Assembly: GCF_001194135.2 (NCBI RefSeq)
Contig: NC_068993.1
Location: 35,554,137 to 35,618,136, forward strand
Direction: 5' to 3'
DNA length: 64,000 nt
DNA from: Octopus bimaculoides
Taxonomy: Eukaryota
In this document: piece by piece, positions 13,736-27,132 of the stretch
Position numbering within the stretch: the first letter of the stretch is position 1
How the letters are laid out: each line of letters opens with the position of its first letter
Notes under the pieces: model-generated
Databases searched by the model: none
The model's input: the letters and a program-made list of their open reading frames with translations, nothing else
Told to the model about the DNA's origin: nothing
Program-made: the position numbers and the translations under genes

Positions 13736-14969
13736 TATGTGTGTATATGTGTGTACGTATGTATGTATTTCAACTAAATTTTACTATTGGCAGAAAGCCA
13801 CAATTCGTTTGGAATAATAATAATATATATCGAATTGCATCAAATATAGTACAAGTTTAGTACCTATTTTATTGAACACCAGCTCTTGTCGTTCCTTTAG
13901 TCGTAAAGAGAGGAGACCAACCTCGGTGTAGTTTTCTGAAAAAGAGACTTGTTCATGACAACGCCTTGAAAATGGATCTTTCGTGTTGAGCTCCATAGGG
14001 CCAATGGACATAGAAAGGTCATAAATATTTGCATTCTAAATACAAATCCTGATGACATCGACTTGGGTGTATATCTTTCCAGTAAGAACGAACCAATTAT
14101 TTTGGGAGATTCAGTAAATACACTATAACCCTTCCACAACGCTGCAACGCGGTGTCCCAGAGTAACAGCTAAATTCCGATGATTGAAGTAAGTAAAATAT
14201 AATTGCAGGGTGAATTTTGTTAATCTTCAAGAATGGGGCACGCTATTAAATACATTCTTCAAGTCGATCTATTTTGTTGACAAGTTGTTTTTATTTGATT
14301 GAAGTATATAAAAAAGAGATCACAAACATGTGAACTGTTGCATAAATGTTCCAAGTGAAATAAAAGTTTCTTGAAGCTTGATCTACTTTCTCTGCATCTA
14401 CACGTTTGAGAATGAAGAAAGAAAATTCCTTTTACCCTCTTTGGTTCCTTTATCTAATCATTTAATGTTTTTAACAACTTAATTATTTGAAAGCTATTGT
14501 ATCTTTAGAAATGAACTAATATACATCAATTGAATTTAAGGGGGAGTAGAGACAAATTAATTGCAGTGAACAAATTAATTCGAAATAGCTAATAAGGATG
14601 AAGAGATATGTAAGTTAATGTATGTTTCAATTTTTTAAATATTTAGAAATAATAAGTTATGCTAGGAAAGGACTGAGATTCCTATTTCCAAAGGAAGAAA
14701 CATGAGATTTTGTGGTGTTCATGCAAAGGAAGCAGTGGGGTGATGCCATGACTGCAAAGCTTAGACGTAAGCTAGTGAACACATAAATGGCGCGCAAAAT
14801 GTAACAGCACACGCATGTAAATGCATGTGCATGCTTGCATAGTAGTATTTGTTTTTAGATTTATATTTACAGAAGTGAAGTAGATTCTTTTTACCATTGG
14901 CTGTCTTTCTTCCCACTTGTTCCTCAGTAAGAGAGGGGCCATAAGCGACTATATCTAAGCAAGCTCGTA

Positions 14970-15008
14970 TTACGTCAGCAATCGATTGACGTCACATATA
15001 ATCACGTG
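14970..15008. promoter_or_regulatory. cluster of CRE-like, CRE and E-box motifs (candidate enhancer)
   Basis: TTACGTCA 14970-14977, ATCGAT 14981-14986, TGACGTCA 14987-14994 and CACGTG 15003-15008 within 39 bp; motif match only. Confidence 0.3.
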
Positions 15009-16002
15009 GCAGTCACCACACCTTCTTTACAACACGGCATCGATTATTCTTTCTTTTCAGGTTCTTTTCTTCTTTCTTCCTGCTTTTAGTATTCATCCTT
15101 CTATCTTCTACTCTCGTGTATTGCTCGCTTTAGCAAAAGCCTAATTTCTCCATAATGAAAATGTTGCTACTTCTTACAATATTCAAACTCAACTCATTTC
15201 CTTACACTATCGTCATTGTCACCAGCGCTGTACAATCGTTATTCTTCATCTGCTAAGAGAGTGCTGCTACCGCTGTAAGTAGCGCTAATATCACTTAGAT
15301 TCATCACATTGTCATCAGTATTAATATCACCTCAATCATAGTCTCAACCACCACCAACTTAAGTACAATAGGAACACTTATCAGACTAATAAACCTGCCA
15401 CTTGTGTCACTTCAGCTGCTCTATCTTTATTATGCTACTCTTTCCTCTAGAATTAAGACTAAGCTGAACTACTAAACACGCCGCACATCCAATAATTTAT
15501 CCAACCCGCCTGGTAGGCAGCAAGCTTATTTCCATAATCAATAAATTCATGTCAGTAAGAGTGTGCAGATACTCATGCGTAAATTGTTAGTGATTTCAGT
15601 TTGTCTGCAGGAGTGTATGCGTGATAATGAATCTGTACATGGTGTCTAAATAACTTATTGGATTAATAATAAATTAATTGAGATATTTATAGTTGTTCTT
15701 CTATCAATTATATTTGCATTTCACATCGAAAATGAATTATAATGATCAATCACTATTAGTATAAATTATTTCTTCTTTTTTTTTTTTCACCCACTTCATC
15801 GTGTTTATTTTGTCGTATTGTAATTTCTCACTAAAAGCATAACATTAACAGGAAGTGAAGAAACGTTCGTTTGTAAATTTGTAAACATAAATATTAAAAT
15901 GTGAGACAATGGATAAAAATCTAAACAATTCATACGGGAATGCGGAAGCCCAGGAATATATTAGGAGAAAGAAGAATGAGTGTGTGTGTGTGTGTGTGTG
16001 TC

Positions 16003-16046
<44 letters not shown>

Positions 16047-16929
16047 TGTGTGCCTGTCTGTCTGTGTCTGTATCTCTGTGTGTGCGTGTGTGTGTTTGTG
16101 TGTGTACAAGCGTTTGCGTGTGCGTAAGCGTTTTTGTGTGTGCGTGTATGTGTGTACCACTAAATAATTCGCTATTAAAATATATGTAGGGTTTAATAAA
16201 GTAAAAACAAACATTTATACCATAAAAACAAACTTTGAATGGAATTTAGAAGCGTAATTGTTTAAAATTAAAAATAGCACTGCAGCCTTCAGCTGAAATA
16301 AACTCGATTTATAACAAGCACTCCAAGTGCACAAAATATATGACTAATATTTCTGTTAAAAAAAACATTGTGAACGATACTGGATCAGCATCAAGCATCT
16401 CCCATGTATGTGCCTTCCTTAAGCCCAATCACAGCGCGTCTATGTGGTTGATCAAGTTACTAGAAGCACCAGCCATATACCTTCCCTCAAGCCAGACCCT
16501 ACTGATTCTTTTTTCTTTTCTTTATATTGTATATCTCAATTTTAAAAATGGCATGCGCACAACTGAAATATTTTTTTTATCTTTAGTCCGTTTCACCAGG
16601 ACTGATGTGGGACTAACAACAACGAAAACAGCAACAACAACAACAGCAACAACAGCATCAGCGACCAACATTTATTTAGTTTAGGATTCGGGTGAACCTG
16701 ACAGATGAATGAAACTAGAAGGGTGTGAGACAACGCTAAAATAATGTACGAATAGTAGAAAGTGAATTGATTACAAGAGGCTCAGAAATAACTCTTGTGT
16801 TTAAAAGACATAGCACAAAAAATACAGCAACAACAATAATCAACTTCAGTATCAAGAACCTGGTCAGTACACACAGGGATTTGACACAGATCTGCAATGC
16901 CATGATCAAGAATCATGCGAAATGCCAAA

Positions 16930-17760
16930 GTTATACACATGGGGAACGACAGCCATTTGCTCTAAGATGTAAAAGTGATGCAGAACACGAAGAATTACAG
17001 ACCCACCACCTTCCTATTAATAACGTACAAGATTATCGCTGTCATAATTACAACGAACATCTACACGTTGCTCGACTTTCTACCAGCACAACATAAAGGA
17101 TGTAAGAAAGGAAACTATGGATGCAAAGGCCTGATAGTCATCAATAAAAATATATTACGAGAGATGAGAACAAAGAAAAATAATCTGCCAACTGCATTGA
17201 TAGAATACAAGAATGCATTTGACAACATTCCACATTTTTGGATAGCAAAGGGCCAAGATCATCTAAGTCGGCCCAACATCTGACAAATTCTTCACGCGAG
17301 CATTGGGTCCTGGGAGATGACGCTGATTCTCTACCGTGTTGATGGTTATCTAAAATTGTGACTAATCAATATAAGAAGCAATATCTTCCACGGAGTCTCA
17401 CCATCATCACTGTCTCACCATCATCACTGCTCTTCTGCTTTACACTAGTACGACTCAACAACTAACTGAACAACGGTATGAATAACTACAACTTGCAAGA
17501 TGGTAAGTGAACTATCTTGTTCTATATTAATAACCTCAAGACGTTTGCCAAGGACGATAAATCAACTGGACAATCTATTGCCTATCGTGAAGATCTTTAG
17601 CGATGGTATCAGAATAAGTCGGCAAAAGATACATTTAAGAGAGGAAAACTGACCAAGTATGTAAACCTAGATCTTGATTCTGACACATTGACCACGAGCT
17701 AAATCAATATAGCACATACAAGACTTGGAAGAGAATGAAGGATATTGGGTAAAACCATGA
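16930..17760 (+). mobile_element. decayed R4/Dong-clade LINE reverse transcriptase fragment
   Basis: KNYRPTTFLLITYKII, LPAQHKGCKKGNYGCKGLIVINKNIL...LPTALIEYKNAFDNIPHFWI, IFHG..S..LLFC, LFYINNLKTFAKDD (the YMDD position) and KRGKL; several stops and frameshifts. Confidence 0.8.
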
Positions 17761-17849
17761 AAGGGAAGATGTGGAGAAAAAAATACGGAAGTGTATAAAT
17801 GGTACCAAAATGTGAACTGAAAGCCGCTAGCACCTCTTTGGTTTTTGCT

Positions 17850-18512
17850 TTAAAAATAGTATTTATACTTTAGTAATAGCCGTATGGACAAACAGTTTCA
17901 AATTTCAAAAGACTCGACATCAAGATAGACATGATGCACCGCACAAAAACGGATGATTCACTCATCGGAATCATAAAACATCGATACATATTCCAACAAG
18001 ACAGTGGGGAATTTCAACACAAAGTGATTTTCCTGAAACCCCGCCAATAGAAAGCAAAGCCCTACCGAGTAGAAGTGTGTATGGGTGGACCAAAGCGTTT
18101 AGAGAAGGCCATACAATTGTAAAATACAAATAAAGAGCAGGACGCCCATCGACTTCCACCACTGAAGAGAAGATTTTGGAGACGCAAAAGGGTCCATACT
18201 GGAACATTACATCGACTGGAGTTCAGTATTACCACAGTAGGTTGCAGTGAAATGTGGCCAGCAAACTGAAATCAGTAATTTACACCAAGTGCCGAGACCT
18301 CTTGTCAAATGAAGTGTTATATTGTACGATGATGCATGCACACATATGGCGCCCATAGCGCTGCAATAATTGAAAAATCGGATTTCGCATTGCTGCAAAT
18401 CTGGCATACACTCCATATCTTGCCCCTTCCGACTTTCACCTCTATGGACCGCTCAAACATCCTTCACGAGATCGTCGATTTGCTACGGACGAAGAGTACA
18501 GGATTCGGCGCA
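17850..18512 (+). mobile_element. internally deleted mariner (DD34D) transposase remnant
   Basis: HTH segment PSRSVYGWTKAFREGHT...RAGRPSTSTTEEK (from 18065) and LAPSDFHLYGPLKH..RDRRFATDEE (18419-18496), matching the YSPDLAPSDF motif region. Confidence 0.8.
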
Positions 18513-18526
18513 GAAAACACAGACAG

Positions 18527-18646
<120 letters not shown>

Positions 18647-19489
18647 GTATATACTGTTAGCGGTTAAAGGGTTAAGATTACCTATTTCTCGTCGAAGGTA
18701 AATATTTCAAAAGTGTATATATTTCTTTAAAAAATGAAGCAGAAATCAATATAAAAGTTTTATTTTCCTTTTAAGCCTGAAGGTTGTTACGGGAGAAGAA
18801 CCTACGATTTATATATTATCAGTTTCTCTTGGAATTTGATATATTTAGAAAGACTGTCTTTACAATATAGCTGCTATATGTTAGATGTACACATATACGT
18901 AACTAGAGTTAAAGCGTATGTAATCGCATGATTTGGTTTTTAATACATCGATTTCTAGTACAAGGCTAATATCTAGGAGCAAGTACAGTCAAGTACATAT
19001 GTTACTGGTATATCTACTTGGCGATCTGAGAAAGCTAAAAGAGAAAGATGGCTCCGGAAGGTATATACAATTAAAACCTAGTGATAGTGTTCTACTGTTT
19101 CTGCAACACATCTCCCTTTGTTACTTAATACAGTAATAAAAATACATGCGAACAATAAAATGCCGTGATGCGAATGTATGTACTCTAATGTTGTATAAAT
19201 AAGTGTGTGTGCACGCGTGCGTGTGGATGTGCATATTTTTGATGTCATGGAGCGGTGAAATTAGAAGCAGATAGAGTTATGCATAATGTCCAATGGTATC
19301 ATGTTACAGTGACTATCATGTTTACAGAAGGTATGTGCTCGAGTCTTCGTATTTTCATCCAAGGGTGTTTTAACACAATAATTATACGCTATTATGCACA
19401 GCTTTATCTGATTCGAGTTTCGCAGTTACAAAAAAAAGCATTAGAAACACACACATATTATAATTATATATATATAAAGAAATGACTAT

Positions 19490-19830
19490 CAAAGATGTAC
19501 AGGTGTCAATTCGCTACGGCCGTTTCAAACGACTCCTTTAATTGATTAATGAAAACATTTCATCATTGCAAAGAAACCGTTTTTGTCAGATGATTGCATA
19601 GACTTCACACACACGACAAACCAACTGTTTTAACATATTTATATCACCAACTGAGTTCAAATATTTACATTGACTCTGCTGTTATATCTTTGACAGAATC
19701 TTTGTCCTTTATGTGTGAAGTCTATGCAGTCATCTGACGAAAACGGTTTCTTTGCAATGATATATTTTCATTAATCAATGAAAGGAATCGCTCGAAACAG
19801 CCGTAATGAACTGACACCTGTACATCTTTG
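19490..19830. mobile_element. fold-back element (about 130-bp inverted arms) with a hammerhead-like motif in each arm (family C)
   Basis: 19490-19620 is the diverged reverse complement of 19701-19830; cores CTGACGA 19734-19740 (+) and CTGACAA 19589-19583 (-). Confidence 0.8.
19727..19813 (+). ncRNA. type I hammerhead ribozyme-like motif (family C, right arm)
   Basis: Stem I CAG-TCAT/ATGA-A-CTG, core CTGACGA, stem II 19741-19793 (two A.C mismatches at its base), GAAA 19794-19797, stem III ACAGCCGT, putative GUA cleavage after 19805. Confidence 0.6.
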
Positions 19831-20436
19831 TTACTAATTTATATTTTATTCACCTACTCTGGAATCTGCACTTCGGAAATTTTATAGAATGTATTTTTGT
19901 ATTTTTATATAAAGTACATGTCCGAACAACTAAGAACGGATCTCTTCACTAAGCTGGGTCGTGTTATCTGCATACATTGCATGAATATCGAGTGCAAACA
20001 CTTCTGTACAGTGTTTGATATTTACCTGATATTGTTTGAGTGTGCAAATTAGATCGACTTAAAAAGTGCCTCAATTTAAGTACCTAATTCAGCCGAATTT
20101 TAATTATATTTTGTGAGGCGGGGGTGCAAAAAAAGACTAGGCAATCAAAACGTGGTGTCAGATTAGAAGATTTAATTTATAATTTAAACATAATATAGAA
20201 TTAGTAAATACGTCATGTCTCCTACAGCCGTTTTCAGAATAGCTATGCATATGTTAATGACAGAAGATTTCCACGTAAGCTAACTATTGCGTCCTGGAAG
20301 AGATGGCAATAAATAGAGAATATCCTCAATCAAGGATATTAATCCTTACCAGTTCGTTGAAGAAATACGTAGTGTCCAAAGTAGGACTTGACAATTTAAA
20401 CATAGTTCAGAGTAGTTTTAGACCAGTCCTTCGTTC

Positions 20437-20599
20437 CTTTGACTTTTACTTGATTCCCGAGCTAAAGGAGAAGATGAAGGAGCTTGTGACATGAGTCCTT
20501 GACAGCTCTACTTTGTAAGACTTCCATGGGATCTTGACGAATTGACTGGAGCACTAAAAGTCCACTGACGTCAGAGGATCCTACTTTGAAAGAGATTAG
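20437..20599 (+). mobile_element. mariner transposase C-terminal remnant
   Basis: FDFYLIPELKEKMKELVT*VLDSSTL*DFHGILTN*LEH*KSTDVRGSYFERD*, typical mariner C-terminus with multiple stops. Confidence 0.65.
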
Positions 20600-21039
20600 A
20601 GTTTTTTTTTTTTTTACTTCTTTCAAATACATAAATAACTCTCATGAAAATATTTCAAAACTTGTAGAATGCGCATTTTGTGTATTAGTGAAAAGTGTGG
20701 AAGTACAAATATCTTTGCAATCGCCTTCTGGTGTACTGAGACCAAAGAAATTGCTGTTGAAATTAAATATTTATAAATCAGTAAACAAGATACACGTATA
20801 ATAGATGAGCCGTTGGGGAATATGGACTGAAGGCTTGCCCTAAAGTGAAGTACGTCACAGTCATCCAAGTAACAGATGTTGCAGTTGAAACAGGATTTAT
20901 GCTAGGTATAATCATAATACTTTAATAGTTAAAAATGTACGTTGTCATACAAAGTTGGATAAGTATATAGTTTTCAGTAGTAATATATTTTGTTGAAATA
21001 TTCGGTAAGTCTCAAGGTCAATATTTACAGTGTATTTAA

Positions 21040-21265
21040 GCCGGCGAACTGACAGAGCCGTTAGCGAGCTGGGCAAAATGCCTACTGGCATTTCGACCGT
21101 CTCTGCGTTCTAGGTTCAAATGCCACCGATGTTGACTTCATCTTTCATTCTTTCATCCTTTCGGGTTCGATAAAATAAGTAACAGCTGAACACTGGAATC
21201 GATGTAATCGACTTATGCCCTCCCCCAGTATTGCTACACATGTGCCAAAATTTGAAATCAATATT
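21040..21265 (+). mobile_element. tRNA-SINE family B, full length
   Basis: tRNA-like head with GTTCAAATGCC B box, body CATCCTTTCGGG..GATAAAATAAGT..GATGTAATCGACTTA and tail TGTGCCAAAATTTGAAA; homologous to 30449-30666 and 23233-23332. Confidence 0.8.
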
Positions 21266-21519
21266 TACAGTGCATGGACGTCGGACTGAATGCTTTTCGA
21301 TCTTTATTACAGCTTATTACTTCTTGAATTCATATCCTACTGAGGGCAAGTTCGCCTTCCATTATTCCGGGGTAAATAAAATAAAGTATCTCGCTGCTAA
21401 GTTTATGTTGGAGCACTGAATACATGCTAACAATATATGTTGAACGCTCGTATTTTATTCAGGTTGAAATAAACGGGAAACTGTTTTCGAGTCTAAAACG
21501 ATTTTTGATGACTTAGTAA

Positions 21520-21900
21520 ATGAGACTATTCTATGGAGAGAATACTAAATGGCGGGACTACTTCAAGGAGAAATCTCCTCAACACAGAGAGACTACAACA
21601 GAAAGAGGGAGAGAGAGACTAGTAGAAAGAGACTGCTAGAGAAAACGACACTACTTGAGAGAGAGACAAAAAGAAAGAGGGAGAGTAACTACTACAGTGT
21701 GAGAGAAAATAATACATGGAGAGACAACTACAGGGACAGTCAACTCTATGGCGAGGGGCTACAACTGTATGGAGAGAGATTATTATATAAAGATTACTAG
21801 GTGGAAAGACTACTGTATGGAGTAAGACGACTGCATGAAGAGGCTACCACATGGAGAGAGACTACTAAATAGAGAGACTATTACATGCAGAGACTATAAA
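21520..21900. repeat. degenerate GAGAGACTAC-rich minisatellite
   Basis: Recurrent GAGAGACTA(C/T)...ATG units of about 16-19 bp. Confidence 0.65.
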
Positions 21901-23232
21901 ATGTGTTTTTATGTTCTCTTCTTTAGTTTTATTTAAAGTAAACCTGTAACAAAGCTTATATCTGCACGCAGTGCAGAGCTGATATATGGATATCGGTTAT
22001 AGATTCTTCAATGAGATAGCCTAATTGTGTATTGACTCTGCCAGCAATAAGTCGATGTTTATGCAACTGGATGTATAAAGCATAGCTTCGAACCCTTTAT
22101 GTTTGAGATCAATTAGACGAAATGCCGATTTTTAAAAAGAATCTTGAATATAAATGAAATTTAAATAAAACAAAAATATTACTGTATTATGCATGATGAA
22201 ATAAAACAAGTTACTGCTTAATTAATTTTAAGACACGTTGGTCTTAAAATTGTGATTAAAGCCTATGAGGTGATTCTAATTAGTTTCATGAATTCTCAAT
22301 ATTCTGATAACACCGAATCTGTGAAAGTGAAACTGAAAGAGGCTATAGCAACTCCGAATAACGGCTGACTAGATTTCTAAAATATATTGAAATATTAAAA
22401 TACAAATCTTTAATTAATTCTTATTTAATAACACGCCATAGTTATAATGAATAAATATCAACTCTAACGCTCGTATGGTAAATATATTTATAATGCTTTA
22501 TGATTGAATCTAATTATGTAGATATATGCTAATTGCAATCTATCGGTCAACTTATACAACACATCAATACATCGTTATTTAAATGGTTACCTACATTTAG
22601 AATATATTTTCTTCTCAATATAACTAAAATCCCAATTATTTTCTCAGTTCTCAAGTTCACACAATTAAAAAACAGCTGTTTCTTGGCCTGGGTACTGATG
22701 TTGTTTGTTAAAACCCGTGGTAGCTGTCCTCAATCAGATCCATAAAGCAAATGCAGTCCATTGGTGACCATTTCACTGTTTATCATTCAACCACGGTAGT
22801 GTTTGACTATATTCTTAAGTCCACCATTTCGTAAATCACAGCAGCTTCCAAGCTTCACCACTAATTCAGTTCTCAACTAAATTGCAAACTGTCAATAGTT
22901 TTAAAGAGGACACCTCCTCAGCTACACTTTGGCATAAATAGATTGAAATTTGGTTCAGTAGAAAACAAAATTACATCAAAATATCTGTGGTAAGGCAGAA
23001 TATTCATCTTCAATTAACACAAATATCTTAGTTGTAAATTAAAAGTATATTTTCTTAGGCTTAAATGATAGGAAAATGCATGAAGAAATCAGAATCGCTA
23101 GTCGCATTGAAGAAAAATTAGTAGAAAGAGAGTTATGAGGTAAAATTCCATGTCAGTAATGAAGGAAGTAAGGGAGAAACGCTTCAGCAATAAGAATAAA
23201 GAATATACTTCTAAAATGAATGTTTGCTTTCT

Positions 23233-23332
23233 AAGGCAGTAACTTAGCAGAAACGTTAACGCGCCGGGCGGAATGCTTAACGATATTTCGTCCGTTGTTA
23301 CGTTTTCGAGTTCAAATTTCGCCGAGGTCGAC
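23233..23332 (+). mobile_element. tRNA-SINE family B, head only
   Basis: AAGGCAG..GCAGAAACGTTA..GCCGGGCGGAATGCTTA..GAGTTCAAATTTCGCCGAGGTCGAC, then stops. Confidence 0.75.
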
Positions 23333-24204
23333 CAAGACATACAGATTATTTAATTTTTTTTTTCTAAGTAAACACTTTTAAACTTCCGATACGGGTGGAA
23401 TGTGTCACATAGAACAGGGTTTATCTTAACGTTTTTGACAAAATTTTGTATTTCAGAAGTTATTCCGTCAGACGTTACAGAGTGACAGTAGACAAATTCG
23501 TGTTTGATAAGTGTCAATACATGAAACTCTCAGCTTTTTACTTACTCTCTAACTGTTGATGATATATATACATATTACATATATGTGTAAAAAAAATCTC
23601 ATCGCGCAATCTAACCAATGAAAGAACCTCTACTTGGTCGCTCAACACGCTAAAAATAGGGGCCAAAATATCTCCCTACCTAAATAACACACCCATTGTA
23701 TATAATGTCCTAGATTATCCCTAAAAAGACAGTTTGCTGAAGGCTGGAATGTCTTTGATGATACGTTTGCAGTATCGGGGTTTATTTGAGGCTAAATAAC
23801 AACACCATTATGGTCAATTTCTATATTAACACCTGCACGATTTTCACTAAGAAAAAACTTTTACTTTTTGCGTGTAAGTGATCGCCTAATATTGCAAAAT
23901 TAGGTTACTTAAGGTGAGTCTGGCAACTGATGTTTTTGGGGTCTTGTTGTTTGTTACTTTTGGTAAGCCATGGTGCAACCAACAACATGGTAAAATCCCT
24001 GCTATTAATTTGGTATGGATGGGTAATATCAAATAAATCAATCACAACATACGTTTGAATTAAACACGAAAAGAATTGAAATATTATCACTTAAATGGAA
24101 AAATTTAAATATTATCTTTCAGTAGTTTATAAGGTAAAATCTTATATTATTGACACAATGTTAATTATCTTATAACAGCAATTCCTGGGAAAATCATGGC
24201 TTAG

Positions 24205-24716
24205 ATGGAAAATTGCGAGCATGAAAAGTCATATTCTTAAGGTTATATATAAACCTGGAAAAGCACAGGACAAGTTATTACACCTGTAAAAGTATAGGAC
24301 AAGCTATTACTTCTAGTACAGTAAAGAATAATAAACTTACTACTTAAAATATTGCAGCTAAAATTAAAATTTGAATATTAAAATTATTATATTATAGTTT
24401 ACAAATAACACTATACTTATTTAGGTAGAATTTGGTTACTTTACTATCTTAAATACAGAAAGAAGTGATTAATTAGACAAACTTACAAATTAGCTGAAAG
24501 GTTGTGTACAATAAATTTAAATGATGATAACTGTAAAGAGTGATAAATTAGAAGAATTGGCATTCTTTGCTGCAATATTTTAAGTAAAAAGTTTCTTATT
24601 CTTTACTTTACTAGAAGTAATAGCTTATCCTAGACTATTACAGGTGCAATAACTTGTCCTGTACTTTGCCATATTTATAATCTTAAGAATATGACTTCAT
24701 GCTCGCATTTTTTCAT
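24205..24716. mobile_element. MITE-like fold-back, about 150-bp inverted arms with a 210-bp spacer
   Basis: 24205-24358 matches the reverse complement of 24569-24716 (shared TGCGAGCATGAA..GTCATATTCTTAAG..CAGGACAAGTTATT..AAGCTATTACTTCTAGTA..TACTTAAAATATTGCAGC). Confidence 0.8.
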
Positions 24717-24928
24717 GTAATACAGTTATTAGGTGCATAAGATGACGTTGATCAATATTTGCTTCTATTCTTGAAAAAATGTGAAAGCGATTAAGTTGTT
24801 ATTTCTTACACTCTGCAGGACGTGATAAAGACATCTTCATAAGCTGCTAAATTGGGGTTATAGATACACATACATAAATACATACATATTCACAAACACA
24901 CCTATATGTGTGTGTGTGTACGTGTGTA

Positions 24929-24986
<58 letters not shown>

Positions 24987-27017
24987 CATACATACCTGAA
25001 TACATACACACATACATGCGCGCGCGCGTGAACACACGCATGCGTACATAGACATGTGTATATGTATGTGTTCGATCCATTTAGACTACTGTATGCTACT
25101 TATTCATACGAATGAATCACTTGACCTTTTCTTACTCAAATATTGATTATGAAGTCTATCTGTCAAGCTGTCACGCCTTGTTAGGGACCAAAGACCCAAG
25201 GATCATTAGTTGTGCGTCCATGGTTCCTGTTGCATGTGTCTTTGAGTCACTACCTTCAGAGAGAGGAGAATTGTTGTTATTTAACTTGCACCCATAATTG
25301 TAACTTCGTCGAATGGCAAATATTGTTTCCTCATTCAGAATCGGGTTATCGTATGCTCCTAACACCTTACCCCCTTAACAATTAAAATCGATGGTTCCAT
25401 ACACCTCTCGGCACATTTTATACCGGTCAGTTACCATACTAGAAGTGTCACTCTTAGTGTCACTATAGTATTCGTGAGTGCTCAAGTCAAAAGGGTAAAA
25501 AAAAAAGTAATAAGTTCATACCAACAAAGGTCACAAAACTAGGTGGGATCTTACCAGATTACGTCATTTTACAGCGTAGATCCACAGATACTGCGGTAGA
25601 TAGTACGCTAAAGGAACACCGTTATTCTTGTTTCTATGTCACTAATTTTTATTCTGTCGTGTTATACAATGAAATAATGCAAATATACTGTCCCATTAAA
25701 ATGTGCAACAATAGCTTTAGGAGTAGGATGTGGACCAACATATAAGTGGAGTTAATGTGTCTGCAGAATTGATTAGTTAATGAAGAGTTGTAGAACTTTT
25801 GGTCTTACTTTCGATGTACATTTAAACCATGTTCGCTAAAACATTGTCGAATATTATCGATCATAAATTAGTTGAAATGCTTTAAATTTCCGAATTCTTA
25901 AAATGGTTTTGTAAATAAGTGGTTATATCTATGGGTTTGATGCAAATGTTTTCAAATTTTACATATTATTATTTACATTCTTTGATTCCTCAATGTCAAT
26001 GTTTGCCGAGTGCACAAGCAAACATACATATAGACACATATATATATGTACATAAATACAATCTATCACTTTACTTACACATATATTTCACAGGCGTACG
26101 TATGTGAAGCCCAATTAATATTTCATATGTTTCCGTCTAGGAACTATAATAATAAGAACCCTGGAGTACTACAGTTGGACGAAGGCGAGCAGGCAGAAAA
26201 TTCGAAGTCTCTGTCATTACTTGTTAAAAGATGAACAAAATGTTTTCGGAATTATTCATTCTATTCATACTTCTACAAAGCTGAATCGATCTCTACATCT
26301 CTGCTCTAATCAATTACTTCCCTTCAACAAGCCAACGATATACTTGCAGCCTTCTATTATTTAATGTCTTTAAAGAACATTATTAGTGGAAAATATTTTG
26401 GTGATATTCATCCTATATAATTTTCACGAGTAAGATCAAGATTTCTGAGAAAGAAAATTATAAAGGAAATTTTATCCATATATTTCAAAATAATCCCCGT
26501 ATTTCCGCAAAATGGATAATTTCATATTCCACTGAAGGGCATTCGTTCATTAAACCAGACGAGAAATTTGAAAAATATCATAATAAGAATTGCTTTATTA
26601 CGGGGTAACTCTGTGATCATTAATGGACATTTAATTAGGAGAAAATAACTTTCCTACGACTGTTTGTTTTCCATGAGGCAAATACCCACAAACCTTTTCC
26701 TTAGATGATCCAAAAATAGTTGCTACGCCATTTTCCAATTTAAATGTCTGTATCGCGGGTCAACTTAACTATAAGAGGAATGATGGGAAGGAAATCATGA
26801 TTCTTCTTTGAATACACTTATATAAAAAATAAAATGCCAAAACGCTGATACTTTTATAATCGATATGACAAAATCAAGATTACTTATATGAATGTTGCTA
26901 TTAGACATATGTATGTTATTCACACGCATTCCAAATATAACCTTACATACGCAGATGTATAAGTGAATACGCGATGAGCATTTCTTGATATGAGTAGCGC
27001 ATGAGTAGCGTTTCTTG

Positions 27018-27043
27018 ATGTGTGTGTGTGTGTGTATGTGTGT

Positions 27044-27128
<85 letters not shown>
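27018..27128. repeat. (TG)n microsatellite
   Basis: Direct reading. Confidence 0.95.

Positions 27129-27132
<4 letters not shown>

Noticed and set aside
19490-19830. Tc1/pogo-type MITE reading (TA|CAGGTG...CACCTG|TA)
   Set aside because: The inverted match continues beyond the TA (CAAAGATG/CATCTTTG), so TA is not a clean TSD; the hammerhead fold explains the arms better, though a MITE origin is not fully excluded.
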